DNA of 64,000 nt, taken from Gemmatimonadales bacterium (lineage in GTDB: Bacteria > Gemmatimonadota > Gemmatimonadetes > Gemmatimonadales > GWC2-71-9). The notes beneath the pieces are model-generated. The model had not been told where the DNA came from and made no database searches. It saw only the letters and a list, made by a program, of their open reading frames with translations. The position numbers and the translations under genes are program-made. Position 1 is the first letter of the stretch; every line of letters starts with the position of its first letter. Below are positions 20,304-28,397 of this stretch, piece by piece. The stretch covers positions 32,001 through 96,000 of the forward strand of contig JBDIWC010000001.1 of the NCBI GenBank assembly GCA_039794085.1, written 5' to 3'.

Positions 20304-21376
20304 TCAGCGGCTCGGCAACTCGAAGACCAGTACCGATGCCTCGCCCCGCGGCGCCATGTACAATCTCCGCCGCTCCGAGTCGACCGCGAAGTACCCGGTA
20401 TTGGGCAGGTCCGGGAAGGTCACCCGGCGGCGAACCGAACCATCGCTCGCGCGCAGCACGAGGAGGAGCCCGTCCTCCTCGTCGGCGGTGTTCAGCAGCA
20501 GCCACAGGTCGTCCCCCACCACTTCGGCATCGGTGACGTACTGAAGCGGATGGATGCGGGACGGGTCCTGTTCCTCGAGGTCGCGCGGAGGAACGTCTCG
20601 CGAGCCGCCCGCAGCACGGGCTCGTCCAGGGTGCGCGTCCAGAGAAGGTTGCCAACGGTGTCGTACCGGCGCACCTGGGGTTCGGCGAGGAACGTCAGAT
20701 AGAGGGAGTGGTCCGGGGCCCAGGCGAGCTCGGCCCGATTCCGAAAGGCATCCGGGACGCGGCCGTCCCGGATCTCGGACTTGAGCGCCGCAAAGTCCCA
20801 GGACGCGACCGGGGGAACGTTCGGCTCGCCGAAGGTCCTCACGCGGGCCCCCGCCGCATCGACCACAGCAATCATCGCATTCTCGAAGCCCTCGATTGAC
20901 GCTGCGACCACGCCGTCGCTCCGGAAGTCGCGCCCGGCACCGAGTCCTGGAGCGTCCACCCGGTAGCTCCGCCCCAGCACACCGGCGCTGTCGAAAACCT
21001 GCACCCGATTGCTTGTGGCGTCGAGCACCCACACCGAGTCGCCGCTGGCTTCGACGACGTACGGCATCTCGAACTCGCCGGGGCCCGACCCTTCGCGGCC
21101 GATCGTCCGGCGAACCGCACCGTCGGGACCGACCACCAGCACGTGCTTGAAGCCGTAATCCGCGATGTGGACATCCCCGTGCGGCGAAAGGGCCAGGTCG
21201 TACACGCCGCCGATGAGTTCGGACCCGGTGGCAACCAGGGTATCCATGGGGACGAGCGCCAGAGACTCGACGGCACTCGATGGGCGGGCATCCATGCAAC
21301 CGGCCATCGTGGTGACGGTCACAAACACAACCCCGGCCGATCGGATCTGAATTCCCAAGCGCGGTCTAACGCACAT
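20304..21376 (-). pseudogene. 6-bladed beta-propeller (NHL-like) lipoprotein with a single frameshift
   Basis: Lipobox-like MAGC and IGREGSGPGEF in one frame. Protein-like sequence switches frame near 20585 (ETFL to RDLEEQDPSRI...VLVFELPSR). Confidence 0.78.
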
Positions 21377-21675
21377 TGTCACCTTTCCCCTGGGAGACCG
21401 GAATCCTGCTGTCCGGACGGGAGGTTTCTCTCGTGAGGGTTTCTCAAACCTATCGCCTGGGAGGTTCATCAGGCAACCACCCTGGCCTCGGGCGCGACTC
21501 CCTCCAGGTCGCCTTTGAGAAAGGGCTCCCCATGCCCCAATGGCTGCATGCCTGTGGTCGCCGCTGGTCCGTCACGTCACCGTTGCCGGGCGGCAGGGCG
21601 CCCTCCAAGGAAACAGAGCGGATGCCAAGCGGGTGATGCAGCGGCGCCCAGGTGGCTCGCCGACTTTGTGAAATC

Positions 21676-21707
21676 TTTCACAAACACACGAAGCAAGACC
21701 TGACCCC
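21676..21707 (+). repeat. 32-bp repeat, copy 1 (TTTCACAA-N10-CAAGACCTGACCCC)
   Basis: 26/32 identical to 22536-22567; overlaps the inverted repeat TTTGTGAAA-TC-TTTCACAAA (21665-21684). Confidence 0.8.
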
Positions 21708-21784
21708 ATGCCCGATCGTGCCCACCAAGCCAGGGTCGAGATCCCGCCGTACCCGGTCCCCGCCACCGCGTGTCGGCGCCGGTC

Positions 21785-22024
21785 TCAGCCGACGATCGCC
21801 AACGGCTTCAGCCGGGCGATTTTCGCAGCGTCGTCGGACCGCAGGGCATGCCACAGATCCCGATCCTGCTGCAACCCGAGCCAGAAGTCCGCACTCCTGC
21901 CGGTCACGCGCGCGAGCCGCAGGGCCGTGTCGGGTGTGACGCTCCGCTTCCCGTTGATGACCTCGAGGAGCATCTCGCCCGGATGCGTCGGAGGGCGGTG
22001 CGTGGGCAAGCGCCGCTGCACCAA
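21785..22024 (-). pseudogene. higA: HigA-family antitoxin with an internal in-frame deletion
   Basis: PTHRPPTHPGEMLLE is joined directly to VINGKRSVTPDTALRLA...FWLGLQ. The HTH segment normally between them is missing; 79 aa. Confidence 0.8.
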
Positions 22025-22040
22025 GCCCCGTTCGGTTCCT

Positions 22041-22142
22041 TTAGTGATAGTCTGTGACTTCGACGTCGTCGGCATGGCCGTTCTCCCACCGGAAACAGAC
22101 CCGGTACTGGTCGTTGATGCGAATACTGGACTGCCCGGCCCG
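22041..22142 (-). pseudogene. higB: C-terminal remnant of HigB toxin
   Basis: RAGQSSIRINDQYRVCFRWENGHADDVEVTDYH* directly upstream of higA. The 5' part is absent and the repeat element lies in its place. Confidence 0.85.
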
Positions 22143-22521
22143 GTGGATTTCGGAGTGAGCTGAGGGGCTCCGGTGGCCAGGCGGACGGGGGAATGGCCAC
22201 AAGAGGCACAAAAGGCACAAGAACCACGAGTCCCGCGGAGGGTGGCTCGCGGTCGGGAAGGGGGCGGAACCACCGATGACGCAGATGACACCAAGCCGCC
22301 CGCCCCCCCCTCGCTGACTCGACTCGGGCCCGGTCTGGGCAGGATTCACTTCACTCTGCGTCATCGGTGTCATCCGTGGTTTCTTCCGGGGGGGGGGGGA
22401 GGTGAGGCCCCGGTGCTCAGGTTGACGGTTTTGTTCCTTTTGTGCTTTTTGTGGTTTGCCTTTTGGGGTGAGGGGAGGCGCTCGGGGCTGAACATGGACC
22501 CATGGCCAGGCCTGAAGAGCC
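22142..22521 (-). repeat. Palindromic dispersed element, copy 2 (both nested hairpins complete)
   Basis: Outer arms 22197-22220 and 22431-22454 (21/24 complementary); inner arms 22268-22292 and 22357-22381 (20/25). Inverted copy of 8428-8745. Confidence 0.9.
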
Positions 22522-22535
22522 TGACATATTTCACA

Positions 22536-22567
22536 TTTCACAATCGCGGAAAACAAGACCTGACCCC
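22536..22567 (+). repeat. 32-bp repeat, copy 2
   Basis: Direct repeat of 21676-21707; its end overlaps the tandem GACCCCGGCGGTGC x2 (22562-22589). Confidence 0.8.
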
Positions 22568-22636
22568 GGCGGTGCGACCCCGGCGGTGCCGCAGACCCGG
22601 TGGCGTTTCGGCCCGCGCCCCCCTACGATTATGCCG

Positions 22637-22725
22637 GGAGCGGTGGCAGAGGCCGGTCGATTGCGCCCGACTTGAAATCGGGTAGGCCCGCGAGGGTCTC
22701 GTGGGTTCGAATCCCACCCGCTCCG
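22637..22725 (+). tRNA. tRNA-Ser (anticodon TGA)
   Basis: Acceptor GGAGCGG/CCGCTCC with G discriminator; anticodon arm CCCGA-CTTGAAA-TCGGG; long variable arm; GGTTCGAATCC. CCA is not encoded. Confidence 0.95.
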
Positions 22726-22819
22726 TTTTTTTTGCCCTACCAGGCCCCCCCACCCGCTTCCCCCCTGGCATGTTCCTGGCTCTTACCTGACTGAAACCTC
22801 TACAGTCCGGGATGGCCAA

Positions 22820-23290
22820 TTGTCGCATTCTTGTACAGATCGAACGATCAACAGTACCCGCCCGGCCTCGCGGTCACTCGGACCTCTCCTGGCCGTGGCG
22901 CTTCCCCTCCTGTCGGGCGCCTGCGGAGCGACCACCGCACCCTCGGACAGCCTCCCGCTCGGAGCGGTGGCGATTACCCCGTCGCGCACTTATTCCGAAT
23001 GGTTTGCCAAGACGGAAGCCTGCTCCGGGAGAACTGGCAATTTATCAACAATTCAATTCTTTGTCGTACCAGGGGTTACAGCATTTTCCACAGACGCCGG
23101 AAACAAAGCAGGAATGTGGATAAAGGAGGGTGACCGGAGCAACATCGTGCTCGCAGGAGCATTCCAGGATCATGAAATGGTGGTTCGGCATGAAATGCTC
23201 CATGCCCTCATCGGGGCGGCGGGACACCCGCAGGGGATGTTCGAAGGCGCGTGCCGTTTGACCTGGGAAACGTGGAACACCACGGGATGA
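22820..23290 (+). CDS. Hypothetical lipoprotein with HExxH motif
   Basis: Hydrophobic signal ending LLSGAC; VVRHEMLHAL. Start codon uncertain; visibly lower GC than the flanks. Confidence 0.65.
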   Translation: MSHSCTDRTINSTRPASRSLGPLLAVALPLLSGACGATTAPSDSLPLGAVAITPSRTYSEWFAKTEACSGRTGNLSTIQFFVVPGVTAFSTDAGNKAGMWIKEGDRSNIVLAGAFQDHEMVVRHEMLHALIGAAGHPQGMFEGACRLTWETWNTTG

Positions 23291-23350
23291 TGAATTGGCG
23301 CAACAACGTGCATTCTTGCTACACCATCAATTCAGCGAGGTGAGGAACCA

Positions 23351-23548
23351 ATGCGCCTGCGAGACAACATCGTGTTGCTGACACGCAACAAGCAGAACGT
23401 CCGGATTCTGGTCCGCAGGGGCGCCACCGAGGGAAGTTCGTACCGGGACTTTCTCAAGCGAATCCGCATCGGGGATCCTGGAGAATCCGGGCCGCCCGGT
23501 CCGGCGTCCCCCCCCTCGGAGGCAGGAATCACTCGACACGAGTGGTAA
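23351..23548 (+). CDS. Small basic hypothetical protein
   Basis: 65 aa with a GAGGTGAGGA RBS just upstream; no recognised motif. Confidence 0.5.
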   Translation: MRLRDNIVLLTRNKQNVRILVRRGATEGSSYRDFLKRIRIGDPGESGPPGPASPPSEAGITRHEW

Positions 23549-23592
23549 GGGTTGCCCCGAACGCCCGGTGCGGACACTTTTCCCCCCCGCAT

Positions 23593-23682
23593 GGAGCGGT
23601 GGCCGAGAGGCTTAAGGCACCGGTTTGCTAAACCGACATAGGGGGTCAACCTCTATCGAGGGTTCGAATCCCTCCCGCTCCG
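23593..23682 (+). tRNA. tRNA-Ser (anticodon GCT)
   Basis: Acceptor GGAGCGG/CCGCTCC with G discriminator; anticodon loop TTGCTAA; long variable arm; GGTTCGAATCC. Confidence 0.94.
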
Positions 23683-23760
23683 CTTGAGGTCCGGGTCCGG
23701 GGCGCCGCGTTGCGCGGTGTTCCCGGTCCGGCACCCTCTCCCTCATCACCCAGAAACGCC

Positions 23761-25179
23761 ATGATTCGCGTCCGTTTTGCTCCCTCGCCCACCGGATATC
23801 TTCATGTCGGCGGCGCCCGCACCGCGTTGTACAACTGGCTCTTCGCCCGGAAAATGGGGGGAGTCCTGGTGCTGCGAATCGAGGACACCGACCGGGACCG
23901 GAGTTCCGAGGAGCACATCCGCGCCATCGTGGACGGCATGACCTGGCTCGGGATCTCCTGGGACGAGGGGCCCACCTTCCAGGGCGCCCAGGGGGACCAG
24001 CACCGGGCCGACGCGATGCGCCTGCTCGAGGCGGGTCGCGCCTATCGGTGTTTCTGCACTCCCGCCCAGCTCGAGGCCGATCGGGCCGCCGCCACCGCCG
24101 AGGGAGGAGACGCCTTCCGGTACAGCGGTCGCTGCCGCACTCTCCCCGCCGACCAGGCCGAGACGAGGGTTGCGGCCGGTTCGCCGTACACCGTTCGTCT
24201 CCTCATGCCGCGGGAGGAGCTGGCCTGGGACGATGCGGTTCACGGACGGATCTCCTTTCAGGGCGGCGACCTCGATGACTTCGTGATCCTCCGGACCGAT
24301 GGATCTCCCATCTACAACCTGGCTGTCGTGTCCGACGACATCGCCATGAACATCACCCACGTCATCCGGGGCGACGACCACATCTCCAACACGCCCAAGC
24401 AGATCGCCATTTACCGGGGCCTGGGACGCACCCCCCCGGTCTTTGCGCACGTGCCGATGATCCACGGGACGGATGGCCGCAAGCTCTCGAAGCGGCACGG
24501 CGCCACCGCCGTGGGAGACTACCGGGACCAGGGCATCCTGCCGGAGGCCTTGCGCAACTTCCTCCTCCTCCTGGGCTGGTCCAGCGGCGACGACACCGAG
24601 CTGTTCACCGAGGAGGAGATGATCGCCCGATTCTCCCTCGAGGGAATCCAGCGCAAGGCGGCTGTTTTCGACCCCACCAAGCTCGAGTGGATGAACGGGC
24701 AGTATCTGACCTCGCGGAGCGCCGAGGACCTCGAGCCGATCACCCGGCGGGAACTGGCCCGGCTCGGCGTGGACCCCGGCCCCCGCGACCTGCTCCCCCT
24801 CATTGGTGCCGTGCAGGGGCGCGCCCGAACGACTCTCCAGCTGGCCGAGCGGGTGGCCCTCCGGCTCGATCCGGGCCGGGCCATTCCGGACGAGAAAGTC
24901 GAGGCCCTGCGCCGAAAGCTCGGCCCCGCCTGGACCGGGCATGTCCAGAGCGCCCTCGACATCCTGGAGTCGATCCCCGAGGCCGAATGGCAGGCGCCGC
25001 TTCTGTTGGAGCGCCTGACCGCCCTGGCGGAAGAGAAACGGGTGAAGCTGGGCGACATCATGCAGCCCATCCGCGCGATTCTCACCGGAACCACGGTCTC
25101 GGAGCCGGTGAACGAGCTTCTCGTGGTCATCGGGCGGGATGCGTCTCTGCGCCACCTCCGGAGGTCACTCGCCTCGTGA
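23761..25179 (+). CDS. gltX: Glutamate--tRNA ligase
   Basis: RVRFAPSPTGYLHVGGARTA, LRIEDTD, ITHVIRGDDH and KLSKRHGA. Confidence 0.97.
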   Translation: MIRVRFAPSPTGYLHVGGARTALYNWLFARKMGGVLVLRIEDTDRDRSSEEHIRAIVDGMTWLGISWDEGPTFQGAQGDQHRADAMRLLEAGRAYRCFCTPAQLEADRAAATAEGGDAFRYSGRCRTLPADQAETRVAAGSPYTVRLLMPREELAWDDAVHGRISFQGGDLDDFVILRTDGSPIYNLAVVSDDIAMNITHVIRGDDHISNTPKQIAIYRGLGRTPPVFAHVPMIHGTDGRKLSKRHGATAVGDYRDQGILPEALRNFLLLLGWSSGDDTELFTEEEMIARFSLEGIQRKAAVFDPTKLEWMNGQYLTSRSAEDLEPITRRELARLGVDPGPRDLLPLIGAVQGRARTTLQLAERVALRLDPGRAIPDEKVEALRRKLGPAWTGHVQSALDILESIPEAEWQAPLLLERLTALAEEKRVKLGDIMQPIRAILTGTTVSEPVNELLVVIGRDASLRHLRRSLAS

Positions 25180-25192
25180 TCCGCGGGGGAGG

Positions 25193-25636
25193 CTACATCA
25201 CCAGGGACTGGTCGAACCGCCAGGCCTGATCCAGAAACCGATCGAGCAACCCCTGGTCGATGAAGGCGTCGAGAGCCTCGCGCGTCGCCTCGGCGTTCAT
25301 TCCCCAGATGGTGGCGCGGCGGAAGGGACCCTCGAAGGCCACCTGCAGATAGGAGCGCTCCTCGCGGCTCCACACCAGGGGAAGTATCCCGGCAAAGTAC
25401 TGGGACACCGCGTTGGCCCCGGGCCCCCCCACGGCGATGGTCGGACTCCGGTGGTAGTCCTCCCGTTGCATGTACCAGGCGTCCTGGACCACCAGGGCCC
25501 GGCGATAGTGATGACCCCCGCCTCGGGTGTCGATCACCTGCCGCAGGTGGTAGGCCAGCGGCTCGTCCTTCAGCTCCGCCGACAGGCTCGCGCCCACCAC
25601 CACCAGCACCGTTTCCACCGGATCGATCAGTCTCAT
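25193..25636 (-). CDS. Hypothetical protein
   Basis: 147 aa with globular composition (TIAVGGPGANAVS); 4-nt overlap with the upstream gene. Confidence 0.75.
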   Translation of the reverse strand: MRLIDPVETVLVVVGASLSAELKDEPLAYHLRQVIDTRGGGHHYRRALVVQDAWYMQREDYHRSPTIAVGGPGANAVSQYFAGILPLVWSREERSYLQVAFEGPFRRATIWGMNAEATREALDAFIDQGLLDRFLDQAWRFDQSLVM

Positions 25637-26529
25637 GGCCTCCGACTCAGGGAATCGTTCGGGTTGAGGCGGCTGTTCCTCTCGAATTCCCGCTGTCGTT
25701 CCCGTTCCAGACGGAGGAGCCGGACCTGCTCCTTGAACTCGGCGAGGGTCACGGCCCGACGGGCTGCGTAGGCCAGGTCAGCCCGCATCGCGTTGAATCG
25801 GCGGGCGTTCACCAGGTCGAACTGCCCTGCCGGGATGTCCAGCAGCGCCAGGAGGAAGGTCGGGATCTTGATCGGCCCCAGATAGAGGAACTGCTGGTCG
25901 AGGCCGACCTTGCCCACCCCGAGCTCCGTGGTCCAGGCCGGAAGGGCCGTGGCACGGGCATTCGCGAGGACCGAATCGAGGTAGGCCTGCACGAGGGCCG
26001 TCACGGCGCTGTCGACCAGCTCCGCGTGGGACCCCGAGAGCCGCTGGGCCAGGTCCCGCGGCGCCACCGGCAGGGGGTCGATCCACAACGGTCCCTCCCC
26101 GCGGGCCGGGCGGAGTCCCCCCGTCACCGCGCGGGGCCCCGGTGTTGCGATCACCGAATCCGGAGCCACCGGAGCCCGGCCCGTGGCCTGAGCGCGCTCC
26201 GTGATGGACACCCGCGGAGCGCGGAGCGCGGGCAACGGAAGGCGATCCGAGCGCCCCACCCCCGCTCGCGGCGGTGAGGGCTGGACGGCCCCTTCCGTCC
26301 CGCGCGACGGGGAGGAACCGATCGGTGGCAGGGTCACCTCGCGTCTCTCCCTCGGCAGGGGCAGGAGCAGGACGTTCCGGAGTTCTCGATTCCGAGCGGG
26401 AGGAGGCAGGTGTCCCTCGATGCGCACCAGCAGCAGGAGCCCGTGCAGACCGACACTGAGCAGGAGGGCCCATCGAGGCCACCGGGATGCGCGGAGACCA
26501 CCCCGTCCCCCGTCAGACCAGCGTCCCAT
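25633..26529 (-). CDS. Hypothetical membrane-anchored protein with TonB-like N-terminus
   Basis: ALLLSVGLHGLLLL anchor, Pro-rich linker and helical C-terminus; start uncertain. Confidence 0.65.
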   Translation of the reverse strand: MGRWSDGGRGGLRASRWPRWALLLSVGLHGLLLLVRIEGHLPPPARNRELRNVLLLPLPRERREVTLPPIGSSPSRGTEGAVQPSPPRAGVGRSDRLPLPALRAPRVSITERAQATGRAPVAPDSVIATPGPRAVTGGLRPARGEGPLWIDPLPVAPRDLAQRLSGSHAELVDSAVTALVQAYLDSVLANARATALPAWTTELGVGKVGLDQQFLYLGPIKIPTFLLALLDIPAGQFDLVNARRFNAMRADLAYAARRAVTLAEFKEQVRLLRLERERQREFERNSRLNPNDSLSRRP

Positions 26530-27706
26530 GGGCAACTCCCGCCATCGAGCGCGCGACCCGCCCCAACCGACCGGCCGCGTCGGCGAGACGCGGGCCATCC
26601 ACGGTCAGAGCTATCCGAAAATAGCCCTCGCCACCCGGCCCGAATGCCGCCCCCGGGAGGACCACCACCCCCTGCTCCAGAAGGGCCCGGCGCGCAAAAG
26701 GTTCCGATGCCACTCCGGCGGGCAGCGGGACCCAGAGGTACATCGCCGCCCGCGGGGTGTCGAGAACGAACCCGTCCGACCGGAGCGCGGCCAGAGCGGC
26801 ATCCCGCCGACGCCGCAGGATTTCCCGCACCGGGGCCACCAGTTCCTCCGACCGATCGAGCGCCACGGCGGCGGCGGCCTGCAGGGCGGGAAATGGCCCG
26901 GTGTCGACGTAGGTCTTGACCGCGGTCAATGCGGCCACCAGTTCCCGGTTTCCCGTGGCCCAGCCGAGACGCCATCCGGTCATCGAGTAGGACTTGGAGA
27001 GGGAGAAGAACTCGATCGCCACATCGCGGGCCCCGGGGATCTCCAGGATCGAGGGAGCCACATATCCGTCGAAGGTCAGCTCGCAATAGGCGTTGTCGTA
27101 CGCCAGGACGATGCCGTGGTCCCGGCAGAGGGCGACGGTCCGCTCCAGGTAGTCCCGCGGAGCCACGGCCGCCGTGGGATTGTTCGGATAGTTCAGGAAG
27201 ACCAGGCGGGTTCGGGCCAGCACATCCGGGGGAAGGCGGTCAAGGTGAACCAGATAGTCGTCCTCCCGCCGAAGCGGCACCCGGAACGGTTCCCCGCCGG
27301 CCAGGAGCGTTCCCCCCAGATAGGCCTGGTACCCCGGTTCGGGAATGATTGCCACGTCGCCCGGGTTCAGAACGGCGAGGGGGAGATGCGCGATCCCCTC
27401 CTTGCTGCCGAGAAGGAGGGCCACCTCGGAGACGGGATCCACCGTCACCTGGAAGCGCCGTGCCATGAAGCGGCCGATCGCCTCCCGAAATTCGCGGAGA
27501 CCGAGCTGGAATCCGTACTTGCTCCGGGCGGGGTCGAGCACCGCCTCCCGCAAGGCCTCCACTACCGGCGGCGGAGGAGGCGTGTCGTTGTCTCCCGCTC
27601 CGAGATCGATCAGATCCACTCCGTCGGCCCGGAGCCGGCGCGTGAGGGCCGGGACGTCCGCCAGGGGATACCCGGGAAGCTGCCTGAGGCGATCGCTGGG
27701 TGTCAT
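26513..27706 (-). CDS. Class I/II PLP aminotransferase (LL-diaminopimelate aminotransferase-like)
   Basis: GSKEGIAHL, FLNYPNNPT, YDNAY and SLSKSYSMTGWRLG. Confidence 0.88.
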   Translation of the reverse strand: MTPSDRLRQLPGYPLADVPALTRRLRADGVDLIDLGAGDNDTPPPPPVVEALREAVLDPARSKYGFQLGLREFREAIGRFMARRFQVTVDPVSEVALLLGSKEGIAHLPLAVLNPGDVAIIPEPGYQAYLGGTLLAGGEPFRVPLRREDDYLVHLDRLPPDVLARTRLVFLNYPNNPTAAVAPRDYLERTVALCRDHGIVLAYDNAYCELTFDGYVAPSILEIPGARDVAIEFFSLSKSYSMTGWRLGWATGNRELVAALTAVKTYVDTGPFPALQAAAAVALDRSEELVAPVREILRRRRDAALAALRSDGFVLDTPRAAMYLWVPLPAGVASEPFARRALLEQGVVVLPGAAFGPGGEGYFRIALTVDGPRLADAAGRLGRVARSMAGVAHGTLV

Positions 27707-28332
27707 GCTTCCACTCCGATCACGGGGTTCCGGAGGACGCCCACACCGGGAATCTCCACCTCCACCACATCACCCACCGCGAGTGGTGCGGTGCCGGCGG
27801 GCGTTCCCGTCAGAAGCAGGTCCCCTGGTTCGAGGGTCATGATCGCGCTCACCCAGGAGAGAAGGAAAGGGATGGAAAACACCATATCGGTCGCGGGGGC
27901 CCGTTGCCGCTCCTCGCCGTTCACCCGGCAGATCACGATCAGGTCCCGCCAGGAGAGTCCTGTTGCCACCGCCGGTCCGACCGGACAAAAGGTGTCGAAC
28001 CCCTTGGCACGGCCCCACTGCGATTCCGCTCTCTGGAGGTCCCGCGCGGTCACGTCATTGGCACAGAGGAATCCGCCGATCCCCGCCTCGGCTTCCGGCT
28101 CGGTGGCACGCCGGAGGGTCCGCCCGATGGCCACAGCGATCTCCGCCTCATACTCCACCCGGCTCGAGGCCGCCGGGAGCATAATCGGATCACCGGGGCC
28201 GATGAGGGCGCTCGGAGGCTTGAGGAACAGCATCGGTGTCGAGGGCACTTCGTTTCCGAGTTCCCGCGCATGTTCCCGGTAGTTCCGTCCGACACAGACG
28301 ATTTTCGACGGCCTCTGGTACAGCGGTCCCAT
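27703..28332 (-). CDS. Fumarylacetoacetate hydrolase family protein
   Basis: KIVCVGRNY..HA.E, FLKP, EAE, NDVTARDLQ, AKGFDTFCP and TGTP. Confidence 0.93.
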   Translation of the reverse strand: MGPLYQRPSKIVCVGRNYREHARELGNEVPSTPMLFLKPPSALIGPGDPIMLPAASSRVEYEAEIAVAIGRTLRRATEPEAEAGIGGFLCANDVTARDLQRAESQWGRAKGFDTFCPVGPAVATGLSWRDLIVICRVNGEERQRAPATDMVFSIPFLLSWVSAIMTLEPGDLLLTGTPAGTAPLAVGDVVEVEIPGVGVLRNPVIGVEA

Positions 28333-28397
28333 GGGACTCCTCGTCGGGGGTGCGCAGGAGGTACAGGTGAGGAATAATAGCGGGACCGGACGGCGGA

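Noticed and set aside
21377..21664. Short ORFs and GGTTTCTC repeats upstream of the beta-propeller gene
   Set aside because: The translations are not protein-like, and two 8-bp repeats are too short to call a binding site.
22041..22556. 171-aa ORF reading through the repeat element into the higB remnant (also 21785-22294 and 8454-8825)
   Set aside because: Most of the sequence is translated repeat arms (PQKAQK, PRMTPMTQ, LCLLCLLW) with no good RBS, and the frame is not preserved between the two copies.
8428..22589. CRISPR array or integron attC interpretation of the repeats
   Set aside because: There are no regularly spaced identical repeats with unique spacers, no cas or intI gene, and no clear RYYYAAC/GTTRRRY attC boxes.
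22637..22725. Possible tRNA-Sec, given selA in the window
   Set aside because: The anticodon is TGA (reads the Ser codon UCA), not TCA, and the acceptor stem is the normal 7 bp.
23285..23295. Tandem TGA TGA at the end of the HExxH ORF as possible selenocysteine readthrough
   Set aside because: It is a double stop with no redox motif context and no evident SECIS hairpin downstream.
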